DNA from: an uncultured Acidobacteriota bacterium
GTDB lineage: Bacteria; Acidobacteriota; UBA6911; RPQK01; JAPXNP01
DNA: 64,000 nt
Assembly (NCBI GenBank): GCA_963777605.1
Contig: CAVZRV010000006.1
Location: forward strand, 1 to 64,000
Direction: 5' to 3'
In this document: one piece after another, positions 11,142 to 22,837 of the stretch
Position numbering within the stretch: the first letter of the stretch is position 1
How the letters are laid out: every line of letters starts with the position of its first letter
The notes under the pieces: generated by a model
The model's database searches: none
What the model saw: the letters and a program-made list of their open reading frames with translations, nothing else
Told to the model about the DNA's origin: nothing
Position numbers and translations under genes: made by a program

Positions 11142-12034
11142 TCCTTCACGAGTTTGCTGTCGAGCCGGGATGTGTGGCCGAGTCGTTTGAGAGGTTTCGC
11201 TACATCACTGAGAAATTCGGGTTCGACCACGGCCGCGTCATCAGTCGACTGCCGGCGCGGTGGGAGAAGGCAGTCTTGGACCAAACATCCGAAAAGGGCG
11301 TGGGTCGCTCGAGGATGGTGGCGAAGCTGAGACAAATGAAGCGGCAGTCCCTGATTTCTCGTTCCCGGGCCTTTGATCCGAACCTGGACTGGTTGTGTAA
11401 CGCTGAGACAAACCACGACTCGGACCCATTTCATGCCGTTTTGGCCGAAAAGAATCCGCGAGATAGAGGCTTTGTTTTCAGGGTCTGCAATCTCGCCGGA
11501 GACCTCCCCCCTCTCTCGACGCCCAGAGAAGAGCGGGTGCCTCGAACCGCATCTGCCCTGGCCGCGTCCATCGAGCTCCTGCTCCAAGTCTCCCGGGAGG
11601 TGATCTTCGTCGACCCCTATTTCGACCCAGGCAAACGCCGCTGGCAGAACACGCTTCGGGAGTTCCTCCGCGTGGCAACCGAACGGGGGCATCAACTGTT
11701 GCGTTGCGAATACCATCTGCGGGACAAACTCGGTTTGGCTTACTTCCAGAGTCAGATCCAAAGCCGAATCGAACCCATCATTCCTGCAGGGTTGAGCATC
11801 AAGTTCATCCGCTGGAGTGATGCGCAGACTGAGGCTGAACTCCACCCCCGGTACGTCCTGACTGACTTGGGAGGTGTCCGAATCGAGCACGGCCTCGATG
11901 AAAAACCGGGTGGAGCCAATACCGACGTGAGCCTCCTGGATCAACAGCTTTGGAATGCACGGTGGGCCGATTACCAGCGAGACTCATCCCCGTTCAGCTT
12001 TGCGGACGAAACGACAGCCGTCGGGAGAGACTGA
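11138..12034 (+). CDS. Hypothetical ATPase partner with PLD-like H-x-R motif
   Basis: TTGA overlap with the ATPase stop; 'VIFVDPYF' and 'LHPRYVLTDLGGVRIEHGLD'. Confidence 0.65.
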   Translation: MILHEFAVEPGCVAESFERFRYITEKFGFDHGRVISRLPARWEKAVLDQTSEKGVGRSRMVAKLRQMKRQSLISRSRAFDPNLDWLCNAETNHDSDPFHAVLAEKNPRDRGFVFRVCNLAGDLPPLSTPREERVPRTASALAASIELLLQVSREVIFVDPYFDPGKRRWQNTLREFLRVATERGHQLLRCEYHLRDKLGLAYFQSQIQSRIEPIIPAGLSIKFIRWSDAQTEAELHPRYVLTDLGGVRIEHGLDEKPGGANTDVSLLDQQLWNARWADYQRDSSPFSFADETTAVGRD

Positions 12035-12051
12035 AGCGGAGCCACTGCACA

Positions 12052-12658
12052 ATGAAACTCTACTCGTACATCATCATCCATGATTCCGGATTCGCCCCGA
12101 ACCCGTTCTGGGGATTCTGTACGCTGGCCTGTTGCAAGCCGAGTATCCGAAGAACTGCCGGTAAAGGTGACTGGGTTGTTGGAATCAGTTCCCATGCTCG
12201 TGGCAACCGAATCGTCTATGCGATGGAAGTGACTGAGCGCCCCCTGTCATTTGAAGAGTACTTCGCCGATCCTCGCTTTCGGCAGAGGATCCCCAATCTG
12301 AACCGTAAAGACATCGTGTATCGCTGCGGGGACAACATTTACAGGCCAGTTGGTCGTGGCCGGTTCGAGCAGGTGCCCAATCCGTTTCACAAAGAGGCGC
12401 GAATTCAACCATGATCTCAATGGAAAGAATGTCCTGGTTTCAGAACACTTCTTTTACTTTGGGCGAAACGGGATTGAAATTCCGGATGACCTGGATGTGT
12501 TGATTGCAGGGAGAGGGCACAAGTCGCGGTTTCCGGCTGCCACTATTCACCGCTTTCTCGCGTTCATCCACCGGCATCGACCGGGAGTGAATTCAGCTCC
12601 GACCAAATGGCCCGATCACGACACCTCGTGGGCCCAGCCCGGGAGCGCCCGTCTGTAG
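12052..12658 (+). CDS. Nucleotide modification associated domain 2 (Nmad2) protein (one frameshift)
   Basis: YSYII.HDSGFAPNPFWGFCTLACCKPSIRR..GDWVVG, GDNIY, VLVSEHFFYFG, GRGH. Confidence 0.85.
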
Positions 12659-12665
12659 GTTGGCA

Positions 12666-13460
12666 ATGAAGCTTTATGTGGCCAATGTCGGCGTGAATAC
12701 TGCTGATGCCGGGCGCCGTGGGCTCAGGAGCCCCATTTTTCCCGACGGAACGTTTGAATTCGTCCCGATCAAGGAACCAGCACGGTTCTCTCACTGCGGG
12801 ATGATCCCGCGGTACTGCGAACTGCCCACCGAGTCGGGGCGAGGAAGCACGCTCGCCGATTACCTCCCCGATCGCATTCGAGACTACAGAGCACATGCTG
12901 ATCCGGAGTTTGAGACCTTCACGTATGGAGATATCTTGAGCTCTCGGGCGGCCAATCTCCGGAGGATCGGAACTGGGGACGAACTCTGGTTCTTGGCGCG
13001 GCTCTGGGATCATGACGGTAGTTCCTGGACCGGCGGTCACGACTTCCATTTCATTGGATTCCTTGTCGTCGAAATGCTGATCCATTTGCTTCCTGGAACC
13101 GCACAGGACGTGCCGCTCGAACACGCTCAGTCAATCACGAACAACGCTCATTGGCGGCGGCGCAAGGCCGGTGACAACTCCGCAGCAACGGTCGTGGTCG
13201 GTGATCCGTCCCGCTCCGCCAGGTTTCACCGGGCCCTTAAGATCACGCCAGCTGTGGCAGGACTTATCTTCGGAGGCGAATACGATCCAACCAGCGGCCT
13301 TTACAGGGCGGGCAGGAGAATCCTCAATAACAGAAATGGACGTCCGCGCCGATTCCGGACATTTGGCTCTGCCACCCGCTCCATCCAGGCTTTTCTGGAT
13401 TCTGGGATTCCAAGAGAGCGGGCTTACTGGGAGCGGCTTCGAGAGGTCAGCGATTTATGA
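12666..13460 (+). CDS. Nucleotide modification associated domain 3 (Nmad3) protein
   Basis: NVGVN, RSPIFPDGTFEFVPI, HADPEFETFTYGD, GDELWF, NAH. Confidence 0.8.
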   Translation: MKLYVANVGVNTADAGRRGLRSPIFPDGTFEFVPIKEPARFSHCGMIPRYCELPTESGRGSTLADYLPDRIRDYRAHADPEFETFTYGDILSSRAANLRRIGTGDELWFLARLWDHDGSSWTGGHDFHFIGFLVVEMLIHLLPGTAQDVPLEHAQSITNNAHWRRRKAGDNSAATVVVGDPSRSARFHRALKITPAVAGLIFGGEYDPTSGLYRAGRRILNNRNGRPRRFRTFGSATRSIQAFLDSGIPRERAYWERLREVSDL

Positions 13461-13837
13461 ATTCACTGCTGCCGGAGCTCAGGACAATACAGCACGGAGG
13501 ACCTCTCGGATCCCCCCGTGCTTCCTGCCGGTCCCTTCGGTACCGAGATCGTAACGGCGTCCCGGGGGACATTTCGAAAATCGAAGAGGACGACGTCGCG
13601 TTACTCCTGTAACCGCACAACAGATGTTCTATATAGATAATGTTTCTTGTGTCAACGCTCTCTTAGAGCGGACGATCTGGATTCCTCGATCGAACCTTGA
13701 AGCGGATTCCTCCGAGTATAAATATCCCGTGAAACCTTGCGTTTCCAAGGAGTTGTACGAACTTCGGTTGCCTTATCATCCCCGCTGGCTAGAATTGGCA
13801 CGGGGCTTGCTCTAACGGGGACGTGGAAGGAGCGAGG

Positions 13838-15034
13838 ATGACCAATCAGGGACGTTTTCAGGCTAGCGAGATTTTGGACGAAGAGATCGCCGATCTGGTC
13901 GATGAACTGTTCTCGGTAACAAAACCGATTCGACCATGGCTGGCCGGCAAAGTGTTGCCGTCTCGGCAAGATGTGAACACGACCCCGTCCCCGGTTCCAC
14001 TAAATCAAACCTTGGATTCGACACCTTCCCTCCTCGATGGGCTTCATGACCATGACCTGGCCCTGATCGACCAGGCTTCCGATGCCCTCCAGGCGCGACG
14101 CATCTCTTATTCTTTTCAGGACGAGTTCGAGTCAGGACGGGGGCAATCTGATCTGATCGATTCGCCACCTTCGACGATTACTACTGTTGAAGTCCCGCCC
14201 GAGCGGGTTGACGAAATTCTGATCGAATCTCCAGCCTGGTCCGGCGGGGAAAGTGCTTCCGACGAAGCCGTCGAGCTTCCCAACTCTATATCCGAAACCG
14301 AGTTGGAGGAAGAGTGGGAATTCGGGACTGGTAAGGCCTCCCCAGTCTCGAGTGAGGACGATGAATTCTGGTTTCAGCACGACGCCGGAGAATTCGATCC
14401 GGAACCAGACCACCAGGATCTCGGCCAGGTCGAGACCGGTGGGGCGGTCAGCGCGCAGGATCGGGCCTTTCAGGTGGCCCAGGCGCTCGGTAACAAGTAT
14501 GGATGGGATCGCTCGGGGATTCGCATTCTTGCCGGTCTGTTCGAGATCCATCGGTCCAACCCGGCTCGGGCGGCGATCGAACGCCTGATGGCGGACGACC
14601 TCATGCCGGACGAGCTGATCCTGGCCGAACAGGTCAGGGAGCTTTGGGCCGAGTGCGTGGAATTTCATACCTGCGGCGTCCGGGAAGGAAGTGCCAGATG
14701 CGCACCGGCGGTTTACCCGACACTCGGATGGCCAGCGGCTTTGGACGTGGTTCGCGCCTTCGGATCCTACCCCGATGCGGATGAAATCCGATGCACGCTC
14801 AGTGAACTGCTGGATAACTGGTTGGAGGTCCCGGCATTACAGCGCGAGTTTCCTTCTTTTCTGAATTACCTGACCCACTGTACCCGGGCGTGCCGGCGGC
14901 CGGATCTCTTCTCCGTTCTGGCGGATCGGCAATACGAAATGATGGAGCGGGACTGGGATCGGGATGACGATCTGAATGTTCGTCGAGAAGTCGACCGGCT
15001 TTGTGGCGGTGGTCTCCTCGCCGGGATTGTGTAG
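13838..15034 (+). CDS. Hypothetical protein (acidic N-half, helical C-half)
   Basis: Long ORF with an RBS-like GGAG/GAGG, co-oriented upstream of the SNF2 gene. Confidence 0.7.
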   Translation: MTNQGRFQASEILDEEIADLVDELFSVTKPIRPWLAGKVLPSRQDVNTTPSPVPLNQTLDSTPSLLDGLHDHDLALIDQASDALQARRISYSFQDEFESGRGQSDLIDSPPSTITTVEVPPERVDEILIESPAWSGGESASDEAVELPNSISETELEEEWEFGTGKASPVSSEDDEFWFQHDAGEFDPEPDHQDLGQVETGGAVSAQDRAFQVAQALGNKYGWDRSGIRILAGLFEIHRSNPARAAIERLMADDLMPDELILAEQVRELWAECVEFHTCGVREGSARCAPAVYPTLGWPAALDVVRAFGSYPDADEIRCTLSELLDNWLEVPALQREFPSFLNYLTHCTRACRRPDLFSVLADRQYEMMERDWDRDDDLNVRREVDRLCGGGLLAGIV

Positions 15035-15068
15035 CTTCCACGAATTCTGAACCGAAGAACGTCGAATC

Positions 15069-17885
15069 ATGATGCTTAATCCTGTCACTGGCTGCTGGGT
15101 GCGAAGATCTGAAAACGGACCGTTCGGCCGGGTCCTCGGATCTCGCGACAGCGACTGGGGAAGGCAAGTTCTTGTGGAGTGGGTACCCAGCCGGGGCCAG
15201 GACTGGGTCCTGCGCTCCGAGGTCCGATGTGGTTTCAAGCTGGGCATGGAGGTCCAGGACGTGCCCCGGTCCCGGACTCGGCCGAGCCTGGGCGAGGGCG
15301 TTGTCCGGGAGACCCGGGAGATCGGAGGGAGGGAACAGGTGCTGGTTGAGTTTCCCGACTCAGGACAGCGGTTCTGGATCCCCTACGAGAACCTGCGCCA
15401 AATCAAGGGGCCTTACCACCGTTTTGCGCTTGGTCAGCTGGGCGGCGCCGGGAATGCGGAACGTTTTCGGCTCCGCAGTCTCGCCCGTGCCATCGAAGTC
15501 TGGAATGAAAACACCGGCGCTCTGTCCCGTCTCGATATCGATCCACTGCCCCACCAGATCCACTCGGTGCACCACATCCTCGCATCGGGGAACCTGAACT
15601 GGCTCATTGCCGATGACGTCGGTTTGGGGAAGACGATCGAGGTTGGGATGCTCCTGGCCGCCCTTAAGCAGCGGGGAGCCTTTCGGCGAATCCTGATCGT
15701 CACCCCAGCCGGGTTGGTGAAGCAGTGGCAGGAGGAGCTCTTCCACAAGTTCAATATGAAGGAGTTCCTGATCTACGGCCGGGACTTTGAGGTCCACGAA
15801 ACGCGGCAGTGGAAGCTCTTTGACCACGTGATCGGTTCGATCGACCGGCTCAAGCAGGACCAGGACCGGGCGAAGCTGATGCAGGCCGGAGCGTGGGACC
15901 TGGTCATCTTCGACGAAGCCCATCGTTTGAGCCGCCGTCAATACGGCCTGAAGTTGGATGCCACCGAGCGTTTTCGGCTTGCCGCGATGCTTCGGGATCG
16001 CACCGACTCCATGATTCTCTTGACCGGAACCCCGCACCAGGGAATGCAGGACAAGTTTCAGGCCCTCCTCGAGCTGCTCCGTCCAGAGTGGAAGAGCCAG
16101 ATCCGGGCGCTTTCGATGAACCCGGAGATTCTGCGAGATCTGATCATACGCAACAACAAGTCGACCGTAACCGACGCCGAAGCGAACTTCATCTTTAAGG
16201 GGAAGAAGACCTACATCATCGAGGTTCCCACAAGCCCCGAGGCGCAGGCATTCGACCGCCGGCTCCAGGACTATCTTCGCAAGGGCTACCGTGCCGGGAA
16301 GGCCTTGGGGCGGGCCGGAATCGCGATCGGCTTCGTGATGACCACGTACCGGAAGCTCGCAGCCTCGAGCGTGGCAGCGATCCATCTCGCCCTGGTTCGC
16401 CGGCGGGAGCGGCTTCTCAAGTCGCGGGACGAGTTGTTCAACGCAGCCTCGGAACGAGTGGATGAGCGCTTCTTCGGTGAATGGGAAGAGCACTTCGAGA
16501 CCCAGGATCGGGAGTTCTTCGACGGAGAACTGGCACTCCTCGGGGAACTGATCGAGGCGGCGGCGGCCCTCGCCGACACCGATCTGAAGCTGAGTCGCTT
16601 CATGGAAAACCTCGTGGAACGGATCCTCCAGTCGAATCCGCGGGAGAAGGTGCTGATCTTCACGGAGTACCGGGCTACCCAGGACTATCTGGCCGGGGCC
16701 CTTCGCAAGCGGTTCGGCGATGGTTCGGTGGTTCTGATCAACGGCAGCATGGACTTCGAGGAGCGTGGTGCGTCGATCGCTGATTTTGAAGACACGGCCC
16801 AGTTTCTGATCTCGACGGAGGCTGGAGGAGAAGGGATCAACCTTCACCGTCGGTGCCATTTGATGGTGAATTTTGACTTGCCCTGGAACCCGATGCGGCT
16901 TACCCAGCGGGTCGGTCGTCTTTATCGATACGGCCAAAAGCAGCCGGTCGTGGTCTTTAACGTCGAGTCGCTCCAGACTCTCGACAGCGAGATCGTCAAT
17001 CTCATGTATCGACGCATCGAACAGGTCGTCGCCGACCTGTCGGTTCTGGGAAGCGAATTTCACGAGCGACTGGCTGACGAGATCGTCGGCGAGTTGACCG
17101 AACTGCTCGACGTTGAGGAGATTCTCGAGCGGCTCACCGAATCCGGCGTGGAGCGGACGGAAGAGGAAATTGAAGCGGCCCTCGAGCGGGCGCGGGAAGC
17201 CTTGGCCCACCAGCGCGAGTTGATGGAGTTCGTCACCGGCTACGACCCGGAGGAGACCCGGGGAGAACTACGGATCACCAACGAGCATGTAGCGAGCTTT
17301 CTTGAAGCCATGTTCGCGCATGAAGGAGTGGAGATCGTTGATCGAACTCATGGCGGCCGAGTCTGGGACATCCGGATACCGGACGCCGTCAAAGACCATC
17401 TGCACGAAAATCGCTGGCGATTCCGGGTCACCCTGGACCGGGACCTGGCTTCCCGCCGTGACGACATCCACATGCTCGATCTCGAGTTCCCGCTGTTTCG
17501 CTACCTGCTGGAAAAAGCCAGGGCGCATGACTTCGACGGCCTGGCTGCATCCATCGCCCGCCTTCCCGGAAGGGCGCTCTTCACGGCCCTCCTGCGCTGG
17601 CAGAACGACCAGGGCGTGCGCCTCCGCCAGGAGTTCGCCGCGGTCACGGTCCACCAGGACGGCCGTTCGGAGAAGAACCCGGAGGCTGTCTCAGAATGGT
17701 TGCTGGAACCAGCGAACGACGGCCCACCGGTCCGCCCGGATATCGAAACTGCGAAGACGCTACGAGCATCAGCCGAAAAAGCCCTCGACAAGCGCCTGGG
17801 CGAAGTCAGCAATCTGGATCTCCACCCGGAAAGTCGCCAGTGGATCAGCGCCGGGTGGTGTGAACATCAACGCAGATGGGATTAG
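15069..17885 (+). CDS. SNF2/RapA-family helicase-like ATPase
   Basis: PLPHQ, IADDVGLGKT, DEAH, LTGTP, STEAGGEGINL, DLPWNP, QRVGRLYR. Confidence 0.92.
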   Translation: MMLNPVTGCWVRRSENGPFGRVLGSRDSDWGRQVLVEWVPSRGQDWVLRSEVRCGFKLGMEVQDVPRSRTRPSLGEGVVRETREIGGREQVLVEFPDSGQRFWIPYENLRQIKGPYHRFALGQLGGAGNAERFRLRSLARAIEVWNENTGALSRLDIDPLPHQIHSVHHILASGNLNWLIADDVGLGKTIEVGMLLAALKQRGAFRRILIVTPAGLVKQWQEELFHKFNMKEFLIYGRDFEVHETRQWKLFDHVIGSIDRLKQDQDRAKLMQAGAWDLVIFDEAHRLSRRQYGLKLDATERFRLAAMLRDRTDSMILLTGTPHQGMQDKFQALLELLRPEWKSQIRALSMNPEILRDLIIRNNKSTVTDAEANFIFKGKKTYIIEVPTSPEAQAFDRRLQDYLRKGYRAGKALGRAGIAIGFVMTTYRKLAASSVAAIHLALVRRRERLLKSRDELFNAASERVDERFFGEWEEHFETQDREFFDGELALLGELIEAAAALADTDLKLSRFMENLVERILQSNPREKVLIFTEYRATQDYLAGALRKRFGDGSVVLINGSMDFEERGASIADFEDTAQFLISTEAGGEGINLHRRCHLMVNFDLPWNPMRLTQRVGRLYRYGQKQPVVVFNVESLQTLDSEIVNLMYRRIEQVVADLSVLGSEFHERLADEIVGELTELLDVEEILERLTESGVERTEEEIEAALERAREALAHQRELMEFVTGYDPEETRGELRITNEHVASFLEAMFAHEGVEIVDRTHGGRVWDIRIPDAVKDHLHENRWRFRVTLDRDLASRRDDIHMLDLEFPLFRYLLEKARAHDFDGLAASIARLPGRALFTALLRWQNDQGVRLRQEFAAVTVHQDGRSEKNPEAVSEWLLEPANDGPPVRPDIETAKTLRASAEKALDKRLGEVSNLDLHPESRQWISAGWCEHQRRWD

Positions 17886-17888
17886 AAC

Positions 17889-18446
17889 ATGACGGAAGAG
17901 TTGGAAGGGCTGAATAAGGCTAGAAATCAGTTCACTGAAGCAGGCTTGCCGCTGCCACCGATTCCAGAGCAATTTGCCAACGAAATTGTTGAAGTTCGGG
18001 AATGGACTTACGGAACGCGCGAAGAGGGACCCTCAATATACGAGATTAGGGATTACGTATCCGAGTTTCTTGATGCGCCTCCCGAGCCCTATCTTCTATT
18101 TGGCCATGCGGGTCACGGTTTGAATTCCTATGCCATCCACTATCACCTGGTCGTGGATGGCCTCGGAGTCTTCTGTCAAATCGGTTGGGGTGGTGTCTAC
18201 ATGGATCACAACAGCGCCACGCAAAATGTCAAATTGACTTTTCGTCTGCTCGAGCAGCTTGCAGAACATCTCGACTCTCTGAGGCCGAGTTCGCCATCCA
18301 GAACCCTATTGGTTCTTACCAATTTCCGAGGGAGTGAACTTTCTCTTCTGGGTCCAGAAAGTCACCGGCAAGTTATCTTTAAGCAGAAGAACTTGGAAAA
18401 GGCCGTTCAGGAGGCGGCGAAGTTCTTGTATGGTAAGGTTTCTTGA
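17889..18446 (+). CDS. Hypothetical protein
   Basis: 185-aa ORF 3 bp after the helicase stop; 'GHAGHGLNSYAIHYHL' motif. Confidence 0.7.
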   Translation: MTEELEGLNKARNQFTEAGLPLPPIPEQFANEIVEVREWTYGTREEGPSIYEIRDYVSEFLDAPPEPYLLFGHAGHGLNSYAIHYHLVVDGLGVFCQIGWGGVYMDHNSATQNVKLTFRLLEQLAEHLDSLRPSSPSRTLLVLTNFRGSELSLLGPESHRQVIFKQKNLEKAVQEAAKFLYGKVS

Positions 18447-18458
18447 ATCAGATACCCA

Positions 18459-19025
18459 ATGAAGTCCGTCCAGAAACAGGCGCAGTCGCTCGCGAAGGAT
18501 ACCCAGCGGTGGATTAACGAGATTCAGCGGGCAGGTGAGAATGTGTTTCGAGGGACTTTGTGGGATGGCATCATGCACAAGGCATCGGCCTCAGTCGATT
18601 TGCTCCTCACACCTCTGGTGTGTGTCCTCAAGCCGTTGGCTCCTTCCTTTGATGAAGCGTCCCGGAAAGTCGGTGGTGGAAAACCACTAGGTCGTCTGAC
18701 GTTCGGACAGAAGACTCAATTGTTGATCAGTCTCGACCAGGACCTCTCTCGATCTTTTCAAGATATGGATCCAGACCGCTTCCACGGGCGTGTCCTCGGC
18801 AAACCAGGGAAACACTTGCTCGAGAGAATGACCAAGATCAGAAATGACTTTACCCACCCCGAGGACGACGCGTTGGAAGAAAGAGGTGGATCGACTGCTC
18901 TCAAATTCGAACCGGAGAGCACTCTGGAGTTTCTCACACTTGTTCAAGCGTTTACGGAATCTGAGGTCGTCTCGCGGGCGATCTTTCTGGAGCAGAGGGC
19001 CGAGCCTGAATCCTCAGCTGACTAG
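18459..19025 (+). CDS. Putative HEPN-domain protein
   Basis: 'LTFGQ' and an RNxxxH motif 'IRNDFTH' in a helical protein. Confidence 0.6.
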   Translation: MKSVQKQAQSLAKDTQRWINEIQRAGENVFRGTLWDGIMHKASASVDLLLTPLVCVLKPLAPSFDEASRKVGGGKPLGRLTFGQKTQLLISLDQDLSRSFQDMDPDRFHGRVLGKPGKHLLERMTKIRNDFTHPEDDALEERGGSTALKFEPESTLEFLTLVQAFTESEVVSRAIFLEQRAEPESSAD

Positions 19026-19237
19026 AAACGAAAGTTCGTCGTCGGAATCATTTACTGTCTTCAGCTTGCGAGTTCAGCAATCTTCTTTTAGGTTTAATCT
19101 TATGCGCCGAGTTTAGATCAAGGAGAAGCAATAACTCGCACCAAAGTCGGAGAACATCGGGTTGGGGTAACCCGAGCGCGCGGAAACTCAATTCGATCTT
19201 TCTTAGTGAACGAACTTGAACCGATCGGAATACTCAA

Positions 19238-22200
19238 ATGATGGTGGAGATCAGCAGGTTGCTCAACGAAACAGCAGTGGAGCTTTGCCGCTTCCTCGAG
19301 AGAATTCTTCCCTCTCTCGAAGGTGAAGATTGGTGGAAGAACGAGTGTTTGGACTGCTTTCGTATCAGCAGCAGCGGCATGTGGAGCAGCACAAGATCGA
19401 CGATCTGAGCGGATGTGATCTCGCCGCGTTGATACGGGTTCTCGATCAGAACTGGTACGACATTGCGTCAAAGCCGGTTTCCCGCCGGATGCCCGGCATT
19501 TCGTTAAAGAAATGCAGTCGGTTCGGAACCGGTGGGCGCATGCCACGGTTCAGGAATACCCCGAGGAAGACGTCTATCGAGACCTGGATACCCTGGAGCG
19601 GTTCCTTAAGGTGATCGGTGCGAGCCAGACATTACAGGATGAGGTTCGGTAACAGCGGGAGGCGTTGATGACCGCGGGAGCTTCGACAGAAAGTGCTGGC
19701 AGCCCTGCCGAGGCGTCGCCGATCGCTACGCGGAGCCGATTGGACAAGCGGGAGACGGCTATCAGCCGACGCAGATGGTCCAACTCAAGTCGGACCCGTA
19801 GAAGAAGGGGCCAGTGCTCCAGCGGCAGGAACTGGAAGCCGAGAACCGCTATATGGTGTTCGTGGACAACGCCGCAAAGTGGTTCTATGATCTCAGTTGG
19901 AGCCGGTTGGGGCTCAGGACGGCGGCTTGAAGCAGGTCTCCATGGGTCGATTTCCACGCCTGTCTCACCGCACTCCAGATCGAGCATCCCAGCCTCTCAT
20001 CTCTCTACTCTTTGAACGCGGCCCGGGTAGATTATATTCCGTATCAGTTTCGGCCCGTGCTGAAGTTCATCCGATCCGACAGGCCTCGCCTTCTGATCGC
20101 TGACGGGGTCGGAGTCGGCAAGACCATCGAGGCGGGACTTGATTCTCCGAGAACTCCAAGCGCGGAGGGAGGTTCGCTCGGTCCTCATCATCTGTCCTCG
20201 CCCGCTCGTGACCGAGCGAAAGTGGCTGCTTGAGATGAAGAGGTTCGAGGAGCGGTTCACTCATTTGGACGGAAATACTCTCCGCTATTGCCTAAGCGAG
20301 ATGGATTCGAAGGGGAGTGGCCGGAACAGCACGCCAAAACGATCCTTCCGTATTCGCTGCTCGATGAGGTTCTGCTCTTTGGTGCCCAAGCAGAGGAGAC
20401 AAATCGCCGAACTAAGGGCCGTATCGGACTGCTCGACCTCGACCCGCCCCCCGGTTCGACATGGTGATAGTTGATGAAGCCCATCATGTCCGAAATCCAC
20501 TGACATTCTCCCACCAGGCGGTTCGGTTCTTCTGTGATAATGCAGACGCCGTTGTTTTTCTCACCGCGACACCGCTGCAACTTGGGAGCGAAGACCTCTT
20601 TGTCCTGCTGAACCTGCTGAGGCCGGATCTGATCATCGACCGTGAGAGCTTTCAGCACATGGCTGCCCCGAACCCTTACATCAACCAGGCCATCGATGCA
20701 GCTCGGGCTGGCCAGGATGGTTGGCACGATCAGGCGCTGGAGGCGCTGGATCAGGCTTCCGCCACTGACTGGGGATCCCATATCTTCGCCAGGGACCCGG
20801 AATTCAGAAGCCTGACGACGAAGCTGACCCAGACCCAACTCTCTCCAGAAGAGCGCCTCGAGTTGGTCAACCGAATGGAGGGATTCCACACGTTCTCTCA
20901 GATTATCAGCCGAACGCGGCGACGAGACATCGGTGAATTCACGGTCCGAGAACCTCACACGGTGGCTGTCGAGTTCACTCGGGAACAACGGGAACTCCAT
21001 GACGCATTGCTAGTGATGCAGGCACGGATTCTCTGAGCATCCACCCGGATGTCAATCTGAACTTCATGATGACCACTATCCGCCGGCAGGCGGCCAGCTG
21101 CCTGTATGGGCTGGCACCGCTGATTAAGGACATTCTGGGAAGACGGATCTCTGATCTAAAAGATGAGGAAGCCGACGAGACGTACGCCCTGTTGGACGCA
21201 GGGGCCGCCGCCGGCTTTGCAGAGGAAATCGCCAATATCGTGGAGCAGGCGGAGAAGCTGAACGATACGGAAGACCCCAAGCTCAAGGCCCTTCAACGAG
21301 TCATCCGAGACAAGCAGTCTCTTGAGAACAACAAACTGATGGTCTTCAGCAGCTTCCGCCATACGTTGACGTACCTGATGGGTGCCATCTCGAGATCGGA
21401 AGTCCGGGTCGGTATGGTGCACGGCGGCACTCCCGATGAAGAACGGCTCCGTCTGCGAGAGCGGTTCAAGCGGTCCCCGGTACAGAGTGATGCACTCGAC
21501 GTACTCCTTTTCTCCGAGGTCGGCTGCGAGGGGCTCGACTACCAATTCTGCGACTGTATTGTGAACTACGACCTGCCTTGGAATCCCATGCGGGTGGAAC
21601 AGCGCATCGGGCGAATCGATCGTAAGGGCCAGAAGAGTGAGAAGGTGGTTATCTATAACCTCATCACACCGGGGACGGTGGATGCCGACATCTACGAACG
21701 CTGCCTGCTTCGGATCGGTGTCTTCAACCGGGCCCTGGGGTCCGGCGAGGAGATTCTCGGAGATATTGTCCGGGAAATTCGAAGCGTTGCAGAGGATATC
21801 CAATTGTCCGAGGCTGATCGGCAACAGAAACTCCAACAAATCGCTGACAATCAGATTCGTCTTATCCAGGAACAGCAGGGCTTGGAAGAAAGGCAGGCTG
21901 AGCTCTTTGGTATCCGCCTTCCGCTTCACCAGACTCAAAGCGAGATAGAGGGAGCTTCAAGTTTCTGGCTGTCGCCGATGGCCTTGCAGAATCTTGTTAC
22001 AAGTTACTTACAGCGGCAAGGGGAGGAAGAGAAGGATCACATACTCGGGGAAAAGGCCTCAAAGACGTTGCGTGTTTCTCGCGCCACTCGGGAGAGTCTG
22101 TTGAAGGACTTTCAGCAATTACCGCGCACAGCATCTCCGATGCATCGACAATGGGAAACCTGGCTCAAAGGAGCTGATCCGCATCTTTCCATCACTTTTG

Positions 22201-22837
22201 ATGCTCAAGAGGCAGTCGAACAGCAAGAGACTGCTTTTATCACGCCCGTGCATCCCCTGGCGAGGCAAGCTGCGAAGGTCCTTGTACCGACCGGGACCAA
22301 GCCGCTCTCGGTGTTCCAGGCCTGCTATCAGGACCTTCCTCCCGGTCGATACCCGTTCGCGATCTACGAGTGGTGGTACAGGGGGGTCCGAGAGGACCTA
22401 TTGTTGCATCCGTTTGCCGAATCCTCCGAAGTCTCGAACACTTGCCTGAGTTGCTCGAACACGCACGCCCCGGGCACCTTCCAGCCGGGGAAATGCCGGG
22501 CCAGGAGGTTTTCGACGGGCTTGAGGCCGCTCACTACGATCAATGGGCCGCTGCTCGCGACCGTCACCGGGAGCAGAACCAACTGCTGGCGGACTACCGG
22601 CGAGAGAGCCTCAAAAGCAGCCATCGAGCCCGCACTGTCTATGCTCGAGAGAACAACTGGAGAGGGCTTCTGAAGAGAGAATTCGCCGCATGCGCCAAGG
22701 CACAAATTAGTACGGCCGAGGCGGACTTTGAGCGGCGTTTGGCTGAGCTCGACGAAGCGGTCCAACGCGCTGATCTGACCAGCGAAGCCGTAGCGTTCGG
22801 GGTTGTCATTGTCAGTAGGGAGCAGGGGGATGGCTAG
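19238..22837 (+). CDS. Swt1-like HEPN fused to SNF2 helicase (many frameshifts and one apparent in-frame stop)
   Basis: N-terminal WW..., [20 protein letters not shown]; then [52 protein letters not shown] across fragments. Confidence 0.8.
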
